Shown: piece by piece, positions 1-8,828 of the stretch | Position numbering within the stretch: position 1 is the first letter of the stretch | Layout of the letters: every line of letters begins with the position of its first letter | Source of the DNA: Minisyncoccia bacterium | GTDB taxonomy: Bacteria > Patescibacteriota > Minisyncoccia > SW-4-49-11 | DNA length: 64,000 nt | Assembly (NCBI GenBank): GCA_044356325.1 | Contig: JBIKWJ010000001.1 | Coordinates: 152,992 to 216,991 of the forward strand | Reading direction: 5' to 3' | Program-made: the position numbers and the translations under genes | The notes under the pieces: model-generated | Database searches by the model: none | What the model was told of the DNA's origin: nothing | Seen by the model: only the letters and a program-made list of their open reading frames with translations

Positions 1-40
1 TCTCGATATATATTCATATCTCTATATTAATAATCATCTC

Positions 41-1135
41 TTACATAATATCATATTGCTCCAAAAAGGTATAGAATTGATGTTTGAAAGTATCCTTAGA
101 AAACTGCTGAGCATGATTATGAATCGCAGTAGCGTCAAAAGTCATTTTCTCAAATCGATTCACAGCCTCAGTTACAGATTCTGGAGTCTGTTCATCAAAG
201 AAAACTCCGGTTTCGCCATCCTTTACTGTCTCTAATGCACCACCACGCCCATATGCAATAACAGGTTTTCCCGCTGCCATTGCCTCAACCGAAACTATAC
301 CAAAATCATCTTCTGAAGCAAATATAAAGGCTTTAGCTCCTTTGAATTGTTCTTGAGCCTCCTCATCATTCATACGCCCCAAAAAGACAATATTAGACTT
401 GCCCTTAGCTAAAGATTTTAATTTGGCCTCATCTGGTCCTGATCCCACAATATGCAAAGGCTTACCATTTTTAACAAAAGCTTCAATCACAATATCATAA
501 TGTTTATAGGGAAGAAATCTTCCTAACATCAAATAATATTCCCCTTTTTGATTGGCATCAAAATCAATTTCAGTATTTACGGGAGGATATAATACTGTTG
601 ACTCGGCGCCATAATATTTTTTGATTCTCTTGGCAACATTATGAGAATTAGCAAGATAATAATCTACTCTATCTGAGGAAATTTTATCCCACATACGAAT
701 ATAATTCATAGCAAATGGGAGAAATGGTTTAATCAGAGGAGAGTATTGAAATTCTTTAAAATATCTATGATAATCATCCCAAGCATATCGCATAGGAGTA
801 TGACAATAACAAATATGTATAGCATCTGGTCTCGTAATTACTCCTTTTGTATAGCTATTAGAAGATGATATCACCACATCATAAGCACTCAAATCCAAAT
901 CTTCCACAGCTAATGGCATTAATATAGGGAAAATTCTATGATGCGTTTTGGCAAAGGGTAAATTTTGCAAAAAAGAAGTCCTAATTGTCTTATCACTAAA
1001 AGCTCCATATAATTGACTAGAGTCATATATGAGAGTATAGATAGGAGCCTTCGGGAACATTTCACTCAAAACCTCTAATACTCTCTCGGCACCTCCATAT
1101 TGCACCATATAATCATGTACCAATGCTACTCGCAT
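41..1135 (-). CDS. Glycosyltransferase, GT4 family (GT-B fold)
   Basis: 364 aa. N-terminal MRVALVHDY..GGAERV and C-terminal EDFGIV..EAMAAGKPVIA motifs are typical of GT4 retaining glycosyltransferases. Confidence 0.8.
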   Translation of the reverse strand: MRVALVHDYMVQYGGAERVLEVLSEMFPKAPIYTLIYDSSQLYGAFSDKTIRTSFLQNLPFAKTHHRIFPILMPLAVEDLDLSAYDVVISSSNSYTKGVITRPDAIHICYCHTPMRYAWDDYHRYFKEFQYSPLIKPFLPFAMNYIRMWDKISSDRVDYYLANSHNVAKRIKKYYGAESTVLYPPVNTEIDFDANQKGEYYLMLGRFLPYKHYDIVIEAFVKNGKPLHIVGSGPDEAKLKSLAKGKSNIVFLGRMNDEEAQEQFKGAKAFIFASEDDFGIVSVEAMAAGKPVIAYGRGGALETVKDGETGVFFDEQTPESVTEAVNRFEKMTFDATAIHNHAQQFSKDTFKHQFYTFLEQYDIM

Positions 1136-1191
1136 AATAATATTCTTACTTAACTTCTATATAGTATGACGTTTTTTGAATATTTCGTCAA

Positions 1192-1938
1192 TTATGCCCC
1201 AATTAAAGTCCCCACTACAAAAGCAATTACAGCTGAAAAACTTCCTACCACTAATGTCTCCCCCAAAGCTCGAGTTAATCCATAACCTACTACTTTCCAT
1301 CTTAATAACCCTAATAATATCAAAGCAACTAATACTCCTGAAACAGATATCACAAAAGCCTGTGTAGCATTCCAGGATTCAGATATGAATGGAATAAGAG
1401 GAATAAAGCCAAAGAATAAGAATGCAAAAATAGTAGTAATAGCAGAAAAAATTGGATTAGTGTCCCCGGGATTTGGAATACTATGATATTCTCGCATTAC
1501 CCATTCAATACCAAATTCTGGATTTTTATGGAATAAGGTTACAATTTCATGAGCATCTTTATGAGAAAATCCCTTTTCCTCTAATTTTTTTTGCATACGC
1601 TTTCCAAAAGACTCAGTACTAGATTCTAAATGCTTTAATTCTTTCTCATAAGTTGTATGATACAAATCTTCTTGTGACTTCAGCGACATATAATCCCCCA
1701 GTCCCATAGACATAGCATCAGAGAACAAATTAGCCAACCCAAATAATACCACAGTCCCAAGAGTAAGCCCTACAATATTAGACCCAGATACATTAGCCCC
1801 CGTAAACCCTGCTACTACCGCAAAAGTAGTAACAATCCCATCACTACCCCCATATACAATTTCGCGCAAATAATGTTGAGCAATATATCCTCTTGCTTTT
1901 TGTCGAGATTTTCTCCAGCGTTTCCAAATTCTTCCCAT
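1192..1938 (-). CDS. VIT1/CCC1-family Fe/Mn transporter-like membrane protein
   Basis: 248 aa. Cytoplasmic N-terminal region followed by several C-terminal TM helices; a GSDGIVTTFAVVAGFTGA-type motif resembles VIT family proteins. Confidence 0.6.
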   Translation of the reverse strand: MGRIWKRWRKSRQKARGYIAQHYLREIVYGGSDGIVTTFAVVAGFTGANVSGSNIVGLTLGTVVLFGLANLFSDAMSMGLGDYMSLKSQEDLYHTTYEKELKHLESSTESFGKRMQKKLEEKGFSHKDAHEIVTLFHKNPEFGIEWVMREYHSIPNPGDTNPIFSAITTIFAFLFFGFIPLIPFISESWNATQAFVISVSGVLVALILLGLLRWKVVGYGLTRALGETLVVGSFSAVIAFVVGTLIGA

Positions 1939-1976
1939 ATTTTTATATTATAGCTTTATTTTAGTATAGCATATAT

Positions 1977-2504
1977 TTATAATAATTTTTTTAACTCTTC
2001 AATAGTATTTTCCCAATTAATATGATGGATACCTATTTCACCTTTTGCAAACCAATTTTCAATAGTGTCTAAGGAATCATCAATTAATATATTTCCTTTT
2101 TGAGCATAGGATATTTTAAACCTTTTACCAGCAACAAAAATTGGTTCAAATTCTATATTATATTGTTTTAACCATTGTAATTTTTGTATCTTTACTTTTT
2201 CAAATAAATTTTCTATGCTGGAGGTTGAAGATAATATTCTAATAGGAATATCCAATTGTCGCAAAAAATTCATCCCTAATTCAAAATCTGATACTGGATT
2301 CAAATTAGCCCAATATCTTTTCTCTACAAAATCTGGCAAGGTATCATAAAGTAAATTTCTTCTTTCTTGCATTTCACTATTTGACATTTTATGCATAGGA
2401 ATTGTATCCAATCCATTCATACGATCAAATGTAGAGTTAAAGTCAGCCAATACCCCATCAAGATCAACAAAAATTTCTTTAATCATATTATTATGTTTAT
2501 ACAC
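1977..2504 (-). CDS. HAD-superfamily 5'(3')-deoxyribonucleotidase-like phosphatase
   Basis: 175 aa. N-terminal DLDGVLADF HAD motif I, as in the NT5C-type nucleotidase family. Confidence 0.55.
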   Translation of the reverse strand: MYKHNNMIKEIFVDLDGVLADFNSTFDRMNGLDTIPMHKMSNSEMQERRNLLYDTLPDFVEKRYWANLNPVSDFELGMNFLRQLDIPIRILSSTSSIENLFEKVKIQKLQWLKQYNIEFEPIFVAGKRFKISYAQKGNILIDDSLDTIENWFAKGEIGIHHINWENTIEELKKLL

Positions 2505-2536
2505 TCACTTAATTGTGAATAAGATGAGATACATCG

Positions 2537-2745
2537 TAGATAAGTTGTGAGTTATGTAGAGGGTGACCTTTCAGTCACTTTTGTCCCCCTTTGGAGGGGG
2601 GAGCCTGAAAGGCGGGGGTGGATAAAATACAAATGTAAACTCTATCTACCTCCGGCCTAATGGCCACCTCCTCCCTGCCTACCGCAGGCAGGCAAAGGAG
2701 GACAATTTCTATAACAATTTACAGTTTTTAGGCTAATAATTTACA
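2537..2745 (-). mobile_element. GC-rich MITE-like repeat, copy A (reverse orientation, diverged, one TIR recognisable)
   Basis: About 55% GC in a roughly 30% GC genome. Shares the core cctgcctaccgcaggcagg and ccccc-tttgga-ggggg hairpins and the terminal aagatgagatacatcgtagata with copies at 11841, 28197 and 34291. Confidence 0.6.
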
Positions 2746-2807
2746 GCAACACTTTTTGCCTAAGATATCTTCATCTCATACTAAGTATATACAAAATATC
2801 AAAAATA

Positions 2808-2816
2808 TGCTATAAT
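2808..2816 (+). promoter_or_regulatory. Extended -10 promoter element TGCTATAAT upstream of tRNA-Ser
   Basis: TGnTATAAT lies 12 bp upstream of the tRNA 5' end. The same 9-mer recurs upstream of five other genes in this window. Confidence 0.55.
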
Positions 2817-2827
2817 ATACCTCATTA

Positions 2828-2916
2828 GGAAGTGTGGCTGAGCGGTTGAAGGCGGCAGTCTTGAAAACTGTTGTAGGGTTACACCTACCAGAGGTTCGAA
2901 TCCTCTCACTTCCGCA
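2828..2916 (+). tRNA. tRNA-Ser (anticodon UGA)
   Basis: Cloverleaf readable by eye. Acceptor ggaagtg/cacttcc, anticodon loop cuUGAaa, long variable arm, T-loop GGTTCGAATCC. Confidence 0.85.
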
Positions 2917-2922
2917 TAAATC

Positions 2923-2960
2923 CCATATATTAGAATTTATTCTGATATATGGGTTTTTTA
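2923..2960 (+). terminator. Rho-independent terminator after tRNA-Ser
   Basis: Hairpin cccatatat...atatatggg followed by TTTTTT. Confidence 0.55.
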
Positions 2961-3100
2961 TTTGGAGAAGTGAAGGGAGCAATAGCATTGCTCCCGTGGG
3001 GATGAGAAAGTCGCAGCCCGGTGTGAGTTTGTGCTAAGCACAAGGCGAACACAGCGAGACGGGGTCGCGGAAATTTACCGTCAGGAAAATTATCTGTGAC

Positions 3101-3119
3101 CGAATCCTCTCACTTCTGC
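3101..3119 (+). repeat. Duplicated 3' end of tRNA-Ser(UGA), attR-like
   Basis: cgaatcctctcacttcTgc matches the tRNA T-arm/acceptor 3' segment with one mismatch, 184 bp downstream of the intact tRNA. The intervening DNA is GC-rich and hairpin-rich. Confidence 0.6.
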
Positions 3120-3202
3120 TGAAGTAAAAAGTAGATAGTTTTCTTAACTGTTTATACATCTTTTATTTTATATCTAATTTTCCCACGATGTATTCGTCCT
3201 AT

Positions 3203-3230
3203 TGAATAAGATGAGACAGATCGTAGACAA
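3203..3230 (+). repeat. Solo terminal inverted repeat of the GC-rich MITE-like family
   Basis: ttgaataagatgagacagatcgtagacaa matches the element termini, but no element body follows. Confidence 0.45.
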
Positions 3231-3281
3231 CAGTGTGTACATAAATATTTATCACCTCCACTCTTTCTTTACGAAATATGG

Positions 3282-3980
3282 TTAGTCTTTTGAGAATTGA
3301 ATGATTTTTTGGATATTTTTTTCATTAAACTTATCTATGAATAAAATCTTTTTAAAATCTATGTTTTTATCTGTTTTTTGAATGTTTTGAATGAGTGTTT
3401 CTTTTGAAAAAGTAGATGTTATAGAAATAACTTTAGACCCCGCTCTGTATCCTGCTATTATTCCTGATGGTGAATCTTCAATAACTAAGCATTTTTCAGG
3501 ATTTATATTGAGTTTTTTTGTTGCAAAAAGATAAATATCTGGTGCTGGTTTATGTCTTGTAACCATTTCAGAACGAAAAATATTTCCGTTGAATTTTTTA
3601 CTTATTTTTAATCTTTTATCAATTAAGTCAAAATATTCTTTACTACAAGCCGTAACAATAGCTACAGGGCAATTAAAATATTTTACTATTTTTGAAAAAA
3701 ACTCATTAAATCCCTCCATATAAGGAATTTCTTCTTTGTAAAACTTTTTTTTATTTTCTTTTCTACGTTCATTGAATTCTTTTCCCGAAAGAGGCACTTT
3801 GTGATGTTTAACAAGAATGTTCATTCCTTCAATATCTGATTTACCCACCATCAAAGGTTTAATAATATCTCTGTCATAAGGTTTTTCAAATATTTTCAAC
3901 AAGTCAGCACAAGCCTTATCATTAAACGGTTCGCTATCAATTACAACTCCATCCATATCAAAAAGCAATCCTTCTATCAT
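3282..3980 (-). CDS. HAD-superfamily hydrolase (subfamily IA-like phosphatase/phosphomutase)
   Basis: 232 aa. FDMDGVVIDSE motif I, a T/S-containing motif II and a C-terminal EDSPSGIIAG motif. Confidence 0.65.
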   Translation of the reverse strand: MIEGLLFDMDGVVIDSEPFNDKACADLLKIFEKPYDRDIIKPLMVGKSDIEGMNILVKHHKVPLSGKEFNERRKENKKKFYKEEIPYMEGFNEFFSKIVKYFNCPVAIVTACSKEYFDLIDKRLKISKKFNGNIFRSEMVTRHKPAPDIYLFATKKLNINPEKCLVIEDSPSGIIAGYRAGSKVISITSTFSKETLIQNIQKTDKNIDFKKILFIDKFNEKNIQKIIQFSKD

Positions 3981-4120
3981 ACGAGTAATAAGAAAATAAT
4001 TAATGTGTAAACGCTATTCTATTGAACATTAGGATATACAAACACACCCTTATCAATATAATATACCTTTTATTTATCTTATACAAGTATATGTATAAGC
4101 TCACCACACCTCCCCAAATA

Positions 4121-4129
4121 TGCTATAAT
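4121..4129 (+). promoter_or_regulatory. Extended -10 promoter element TGCTATAAT
   Basis: Preceded by a cctcccc box. It is 127 bp upstream of ORF 4256, so the target gene is uncertain. Confidence 0.35.
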
Positions 4130-4255
4130 AGAATATATAAACTTAAATTATATGAGTAAAAAAATCAATGTTGCTATATTATGTGAAGGGTAATCTGCTG
4201 AACACAAAATATCTTTATTATCCACCAAAACTTTATATATTAGACCATTATACCT

Positions 4256-4834
4256 ATGTATCAATACAATAAAAGCAAAAGGGGTAAACTACTTTCTTTT
4301 GGGAGTGAACATCTTGTTTACTCCTATGATATTGATAAAGTAATTAAATTTTCTCTTATTCACTTTTTTTACGGCAAAAAGAAGGGGCTTGAATGGGCTC
4401 ATAAAGAGCTTGAAATAAGTAAAAAATATTTTGGTGAATTCCTTTTAAATACTGAAATTGTCATTTCGCAAAATAAGAGCTATATTGCACAGCTTCAACC
4501 AAAAATTATCGGACATCATCTGACGGGAAAAGATCTCGATAATGAAATTTTGTATCAGCAATTCTTAAAAATTATTGATGGCTATCAGCAAATGTGTAAA
4601 GATGGACAACCTGAAATTGATTTAATAGGTCAAAAAGGTGTTTTTAAAAAATGTATGAGTAATATATTTGTTTTGAATAATAATCAGCTAGTCATAATGG
4701 ATGCGACATTATTTAATACTAAATGCCCTATTATTCTCAAGCCAATAATTACTTGTCTTCGCTACCTGGTTTTACCAATACAAAATCGCAGAATAAATCA
4801 GTTCCTGGCTCAAAAAGGTAATCAAATAAACTAA
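4256..4834 (+). CDS. Hypothetical protein, possibly a small atypical kinase-like fold
   Basis: 192 aa. Gly-rich GSEHLVY region and a DATLFN segment weakly resemble small sugar/lipid kinases. It lies next to a glycosyltransferase. Confidence 0.35.
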   Translation: MYQYNKSKRGKLLSFGSEHLVYSYDIDKVIKFSLIHFFYGKKKGLEWAHKELEISKKYFGEFLLNTEIVISQNKSYIAQLQPKIIGHHLTGKDLDNEILYQQFLKIIDGYQQMCKDGQPEIDLIGQKGVFKKCMSNIFVLNNNQLVIMDATLFNTKCPIILKPIITCLRYLVLPIQNRRINQFLAQKGNQIN

Positions 4835-4848
4835 AGAGAAAACTGTAT

Positions 4849-6054
4849 ATGAAATCAAAGATTAATCTCGTCATTATATCACATGCCTATGTCTATTCTG
4901 CCTATAGAGCTAAAATTGAGGCTTTATCAGAATATCATGATCTCAATATCACCCTCATTACACCGGAATTTGGATTAGAAGGTGGTGGACAAAAAGTATA
5001 TGCTGAGCAATATGAGGGTAAACAATATCACCATATTATATTATCAGGATATTTTACGGGGAAATTAAACTTTTTTGTATTCAAAAATCTCAAATCAACT
5101 CTACAATCTCTTAACCCAGGTATTATACTTTTGGAAGAAGAATATTGGACTCAAATTGCCGCTCAGGTGACATATATTACGAAAAGTTTCTTCCCCCAAA
5201 CCAAGCTTATATTATTATCACAAGAGAATATTTGTCATATTTGGGAAAAAGAGGCAGAAACTCTCTATCAAAAATTTCGCTATACTTCATTTCACTTTAT
5301 TGAGAAATATGTCCTATCAAGACTTGATGGGCTTATATTCCAATTCCCTGAAGTATGGCAAGATTTTGAAAATCGTGTGAATGCTCTAGGTTTCAAAGGA
5401 AAACGAGGTATACTCCCTCAACTTGGAGTTGATTATAATAGATTTGCTGATAATTCACCCAAATTACAAGAGATAAGAACAGAATTAGAGCTTGATGATA
5501 ATACCTTCATATATGGCTATATTGGGAGAATTACTCCAGAAAAAGGTATTGAAGATATGATTCATGCCTTTGAGAATTGGGATAAAAATAATACTAAACT
5601 CATTATTATTGGGAATGGTGATACTGAATATGTAAATCAAATCAAGCAACTGGTACAGACATTAAAACTTGATGATATTGTCATATTCAAAAATGCTATC
5701 CCCTTTGAAGATATTCCTGCTTATTTTCAATTATTCAATATTTCTCTCTTACTCTCTCATACCACGCCTATTTGGAAAGAACAATTTGGACGAGTTTTGG
5801 TAGAGTCTATGGCAGCTGGAACTCCCGTTATTGGTTCAGATAGTGGGGCTATTCCCTTAGTTATTGGGGATACAGGCTATATTGTAGCTGAACAAAATAT
5901 ACAAGCTATTAGACAAGCTTTAATAGAGACAATTGAGAATAAAAAGAAATATACTCTATTATCTAAGTTAGCGCAAGAGAGAGTAAACACAGAATTTTCT
6001 TATGAGGCTATTGCTCGTAAAACCTATAATTTTATTCAAGAGATTTATAAATAA
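4849..6054 (+). CDS. Glycosyltransferase, GT4 family
   Basis: 401 aa. C-terminal GRITPEKGIED...ESMAAGTPVIGSDSGAIP is the characteristic GT4 donor-binding region. Confidence 0.8.
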   Translation: MKSKINLVIISHAYVYSAYRAKIEALSEYHDLNITLITPEFGLEGGGQKVYAEQYEGKQYHHIILSGYFTGKLNFFVFKNLKSTLQSLNPGIILLEEEYWTQIAAQVTYITKSFFPQTKLILLSQENICHIWEKEAETLYQKFRYTSFHFIEKYVLSRLDGLIFQFPEVWQDFENRVNALGFKGKRGILPQLGVDYNRFADNSPKLQEIRTELELDDNTFIYGYIGRITPEKGIEDMIHAFENWDKNNTKLIIIGNGDTEYVNQIKQLVQTLKLDDIVIFKNAIPFEDIPAYFQLFNISLLLSHTTPIWKEQFGRVLVESMAAGTPVIGSDSGAIPLVIGDTGYIVAEQNIQAIRQALIETIENKKKYTLLSKLAQERVNTEFSYEAIARKTYNFIQEIYK

Positions 6055-6583
6055 CTTTTTTATCTTTATAAATAGCTCTAAGAAAAGCTTTGCCTTGTGA
6101 ATCTAATTCAATACGAGCTATAGCTCCCGTAAGTGAGTCTGTCTGTAAAACAATATCTTCTATTCCATATTTTATAGTATATACTGGAGGCTCTCCTGAT
6201 TCTTTATTAGCTTCTTTAATACTCATTACTTTTCCCTGTATTATAGGGTCTTTGGTATCCATAGGATATTCTTTAGAACCTTTTATAGGTACATAAACTT
6301 TACCCCCATATTGGTTGAGTGTAATATATACAATATCGTCAATTTTAATATCCGTAGTATTTACCTGATATGGATCGGATTGATAATCATAATTATATTG
6401 AAATACATATTCTTGAATAGTATTAATTGCAAAATATAATGCATCCTTTTGATTCTCGGTATTATTGATTGGTATATATACTGTTCTTATTTGATCTCTT
6501 TTTTGAGTATAAAAATAACTAAATAAGCCTAATATAATTATTAATTGTAATATCAGTACTAATACTATTGTTTTAAATTGCAT
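6032..6583 (-). CDS. Secreted or N-terminally anchored hypothetical protein
   Basis: 183 aa with one N-terminal hydrophobic helix. Last gene of a three-gene membrane operon. It could correspond to the GDYXXLXY-type partner of DUF2157/DUF4401, but the motif is not clearly present. Confidence 0.4.
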   Translation of the reverse strand: MQFKTIVLVLILQLIIILGLFSYFYTQKRDQIRTVYIPINNTENQKDALYFAINTIQEYVFQYNYDYQSDPYQVNTTDIKIDDIVYITLNQYGGKVYVPIKGSKEYPMDTKDPIIQGKVMSIKEANKESGEPPVYTIKYGIEDIVLQTDSLTGAIARIELDSQGKAFLRAIYKDKKVIYKSLE

Positions 6584-6586
6584 ATA

Positions 6587-7675
6587 TTAATTATCAATAC
6601 TTGCTAATACATTACGCCTTATTCTCTCAAGAAAATATCCTGTAATCAAGAATACTATTCCTAAACCTAAGAAAAATATACTTCTATCAAGCTCTGTTTT
6701 CTCAACCCAATCAAAATATCTTACTAAAATAAATCCAAATAATGCTAATATACTGAGATTCAATCTCCATATTTCTTTTAATTTATAGGCACTATATAAT
6801 AACCATAATACCCCTATGAGAAAAATACTATTGAGGGAGATAATATGTGGTAATATCTCCCTATTTTTATCAGCTAGAGTAGCAACATCATAAAAATAGG
6901 GTTGATTAGGGTCATATAATACTGGGACTTTTGGTAAAAATATTACAAACAAAGCTCCAGCAAGTCCAATCAAAATTCCAATACCTTGATACAAATCAGA
7001 TTTAATTTTTTTCCAAGCACTTATACTGCTTATACCAAAAACTGCTATAACCCCTAATAATATGATAAGTGTTTTAGGATTATTCCAAATGGTAATAGCA
7101 GTAGTATTGGTAATAGTCTCCCAAATATTCCTTGAACTAAATGCTCCCAATACAAAACTGAGAATTCCGAGTCCTAAAACTCCAATCAAAGTAAGTACTG
7201 TATAATAACGCTTATTGCGAGATTGTTCAAAAAAAGTAAATGCTATAGTATAAAGACTTGCAGATAATAAAAAGGCAACAATAAAAGATATGCTTGTATC
7301 TACTCCATTTTGGGAAGCCACCTGATAACTTCCAATAATGACACCTAATAAGAATTCTATTATTCCAACAACAAATACAAGAGGACTATGTTTTCGATAT
7401 CCAATAATAGCCGTTATAATACCTCCTATTACCGCAAAATAATACCAGCCAATAGGGATTTTTAAGACCTGGCTTATAGCATAAATACCCACAAGTCCCA
7501 ATATAAGAGATATACCGAGAAGTAATTGTCTTATCAAATCATCCCATGAAACCGCAATAGAGAATGTAGCCTCAGCAAATGATCTTTGTAGGCTAATTAA
7601 ACGAACCAATATAATAATACCTCCTATAATGAGGGTAAATATTATAAATGGGATAAGTATAATAAATATTTCCAT
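6587..7675 (-). CDS. Polytopic membrane protein (DUF4401-like by architecture)
   Basis: 362 aa with at least 9 predicted TM helices. Tightly packed between the two other membrane ORFs. Confidence 0.45.
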   Translation of the reverse strand: MEIFIILIPFIIFTLIIGGIIILVRLISLQRSFAEATFSIAVSWDDLIRQLLLGISLILGLVGIYAISQVLKIPIGWYYFAVIGGIITAIIGYRKHSPLVFVVGIIEFLLGVIIGSYQVASQNGVDTSISFIVAFLLSASLYTIAFTFFEQSRNKRYYTVLTLIGVLGLGILSFVLGAFSSRNIWETITNTTAITIWNNPKTLIILLGVIAVFGISSISAWKKIKSDLYQGIGILIGLAGALFVIFLPKVPVLYDPNQPYFYDVATLADKNREILPHIISLNSIFLIGVLWLLYSAYKLKEIWRLNLSILALFGFILVRYFDWVEKTELDRSIFFLGLGIVFLITGYFLERIRRNVLASIDN

Positions 7676-7680
7676 ATTAT

Positions 7681-8355
7681 TTAATCAAATGAATATTGAG
7701 AAAAATCATCTTGTTTTAATTTTTTTGTTATATACCAATATAATGTAATAGCAAATATAAGAGCTAATATTGCATATATCAAATATCCTCTACGATACCA
7801 ATCATAATTAACAAAAAAATCTGGAATTCCTAATACTGAAATAATGCCTAATAGTGTAAGTCCCCCAGATAATACCCGAGACTTTAACCAATATACTGCG
7901 ATAAATACTCCAATACCCCATATCAAAAAGTTTATTGGCCATGCAATATCAATATTCACAATTTCCCCTATTAAGAATATTCCAGCTCCCAAAATTAATT
8001 GAGCTAATAGAATAAGCCCTGTATATACCCGTATCAGCTTTGCTTTATTTGCAAAATAAGCTCCTATATATGATAAAGTCAGCCCAATACTAATAATAGA
8101 AATTCTTCCAATATCACCAAATGCACTCCAATTAGAAGCAATAAAACTAATTGCCGCAAGTCCTATAGATATAGCTCCAAATAATATAATTATCGTAATT
8201 CCTTGCGACTGTATATCAAAGTGAGGCTTTTCAATATCTTTGAGTGCCTGCTGTATCTCTTTAACGGTAATATTTTTTTGTAATAGTTCAAGATAAATCT
8301 CCTCGGTATTTGCCCGCTTATCTACAAGTTCTTTGACTTGTTGCTGGGTGGTCAT
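7681..8355 (-). CDS. Membrane protein, DUF2157-like
   Basis: 224 aa. Soluble N-terminal segment, then 4-5 TM helices with an IASNWSAFGD motif. Confidence 0.45.
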   Translation of the reverse strand: MTTQQQVKELVDKRANTEEIYLELLQKNITVKEIQQALKDIEKPHFDIQSQGITIIILFGAISIGLAAISFIASNWSAFGDIGRISIISIGLTLSYIGAYFANKAKLIRVYTGLILLAQLILGAGIFLIGEIVNIDIAWPINFLIWGIGVFIAVYWLKSRVLSGGLTLLGIISVLGIPDFFVNYDWYRRGYLIYAILALIFAITLYWYITKKLKQDDFSQYSFD

Positions 8356-8356
8356 A

Positions 8357-8518
8357 TTATTTTTTTATAATATTATCAAGAGGAATTTTAATCGCATTTG
8401 ATCTTTCTGGCAACATTTCAGCTTCTGGTTTTTGACTAATTGAGACACTTTCTGTTTGATGGGAACCAATATCTTCTATAGATATTTTTGTGATTATGTC
8501 TGTATCTTTTGAGTTCAT
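8357..8518 (-). CDS. Possible small acidic protein (53 aa) at the head of the membrane operon
   Basis: ATG..TAA ORF below the ORF-track threshold. Its stop overlaps the start of the next gene as taatATG. Identified from reading frame only. Confidence 0.2.
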   Translation of the reverse strand: MNSKDTDIITKISIEDIGSHQTESVSISQKPEAEMLPERSNAIKIPLDNIIKK

Positions 8519-8627
8519 ATTATAATATCTATTTAAATTTATATTTAGTATATCATATAATATATCTTCGTCAAAACTATGTTTTTATTTTTATTCAATT
8601 ATATATAGATTATCATAATTACCTCTC

Positions 8628-8675
8628 TAATACAAAAAATATACCTAATTAATATATTGGGTATATTTTTGTATT
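8628..8675 (-). terminator. Hairpin terminator downstream of tRNA-Pro
   Basis: aaaaatatacc-loop-ggtatattttt with an A run on one side and a T run on the other. Confidence 0.4.
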
Positions 8676-8688
8676 AATTTTTCATTGG

Positions 8689-8761
8689 TCGGGAAGACAG
8701 GACTCGAACCTGCAGCCCCCTGGTCCCAAACCAGGTGCGCTAGCCATTGCGCCACTTCCCG
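8689..8761 (-). tRNA. tRNA-Pro (anticodon UGG)
   Basis: Reverse complement folds as a cloverleaf. Acceptor cgggaag/cttcccg, anticodon loop uuUGGga, T-loop GGTTCGAGTCC. Confidence 0.85.
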
Positions 8762-8828
8762 TATATAACCATATTATTCTATCAATAATACAGTATATAG
8801 TCAACTTAATCCGTATAATACTATATTT

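Noticed and set aside
1176-1367. Numerous 60-130 aa ORFs on the strand opposite long, well-supported genes (for example 1176-1367, 6090-6296, 12274-12486, 14390-14617, 15018-15422, 16209-16457, 21167-21472, 23172-23902, 31718-32071, 34673-34993, 37108-37409, 43438-43936, 48086-48592, 59093-59347, 61439-61914)
   Set aside because: They are antisense or out-of-frame overlaps of confident CDSs. Their low-complexity translations are typical of AT-rich shadow ORFs.
2917-3100. Possibility that the sequence after the tRNA-Ser genes is a tRNA intron or a permuted/split tRNA
   Set aside because: The intact tRNAs are complete and colinear. The extra sequence lies beyond the acceptor 3' end, and the second copy covers only the 3' T-arm and acceptor. 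That is an att-type direct repeat, not an intron.
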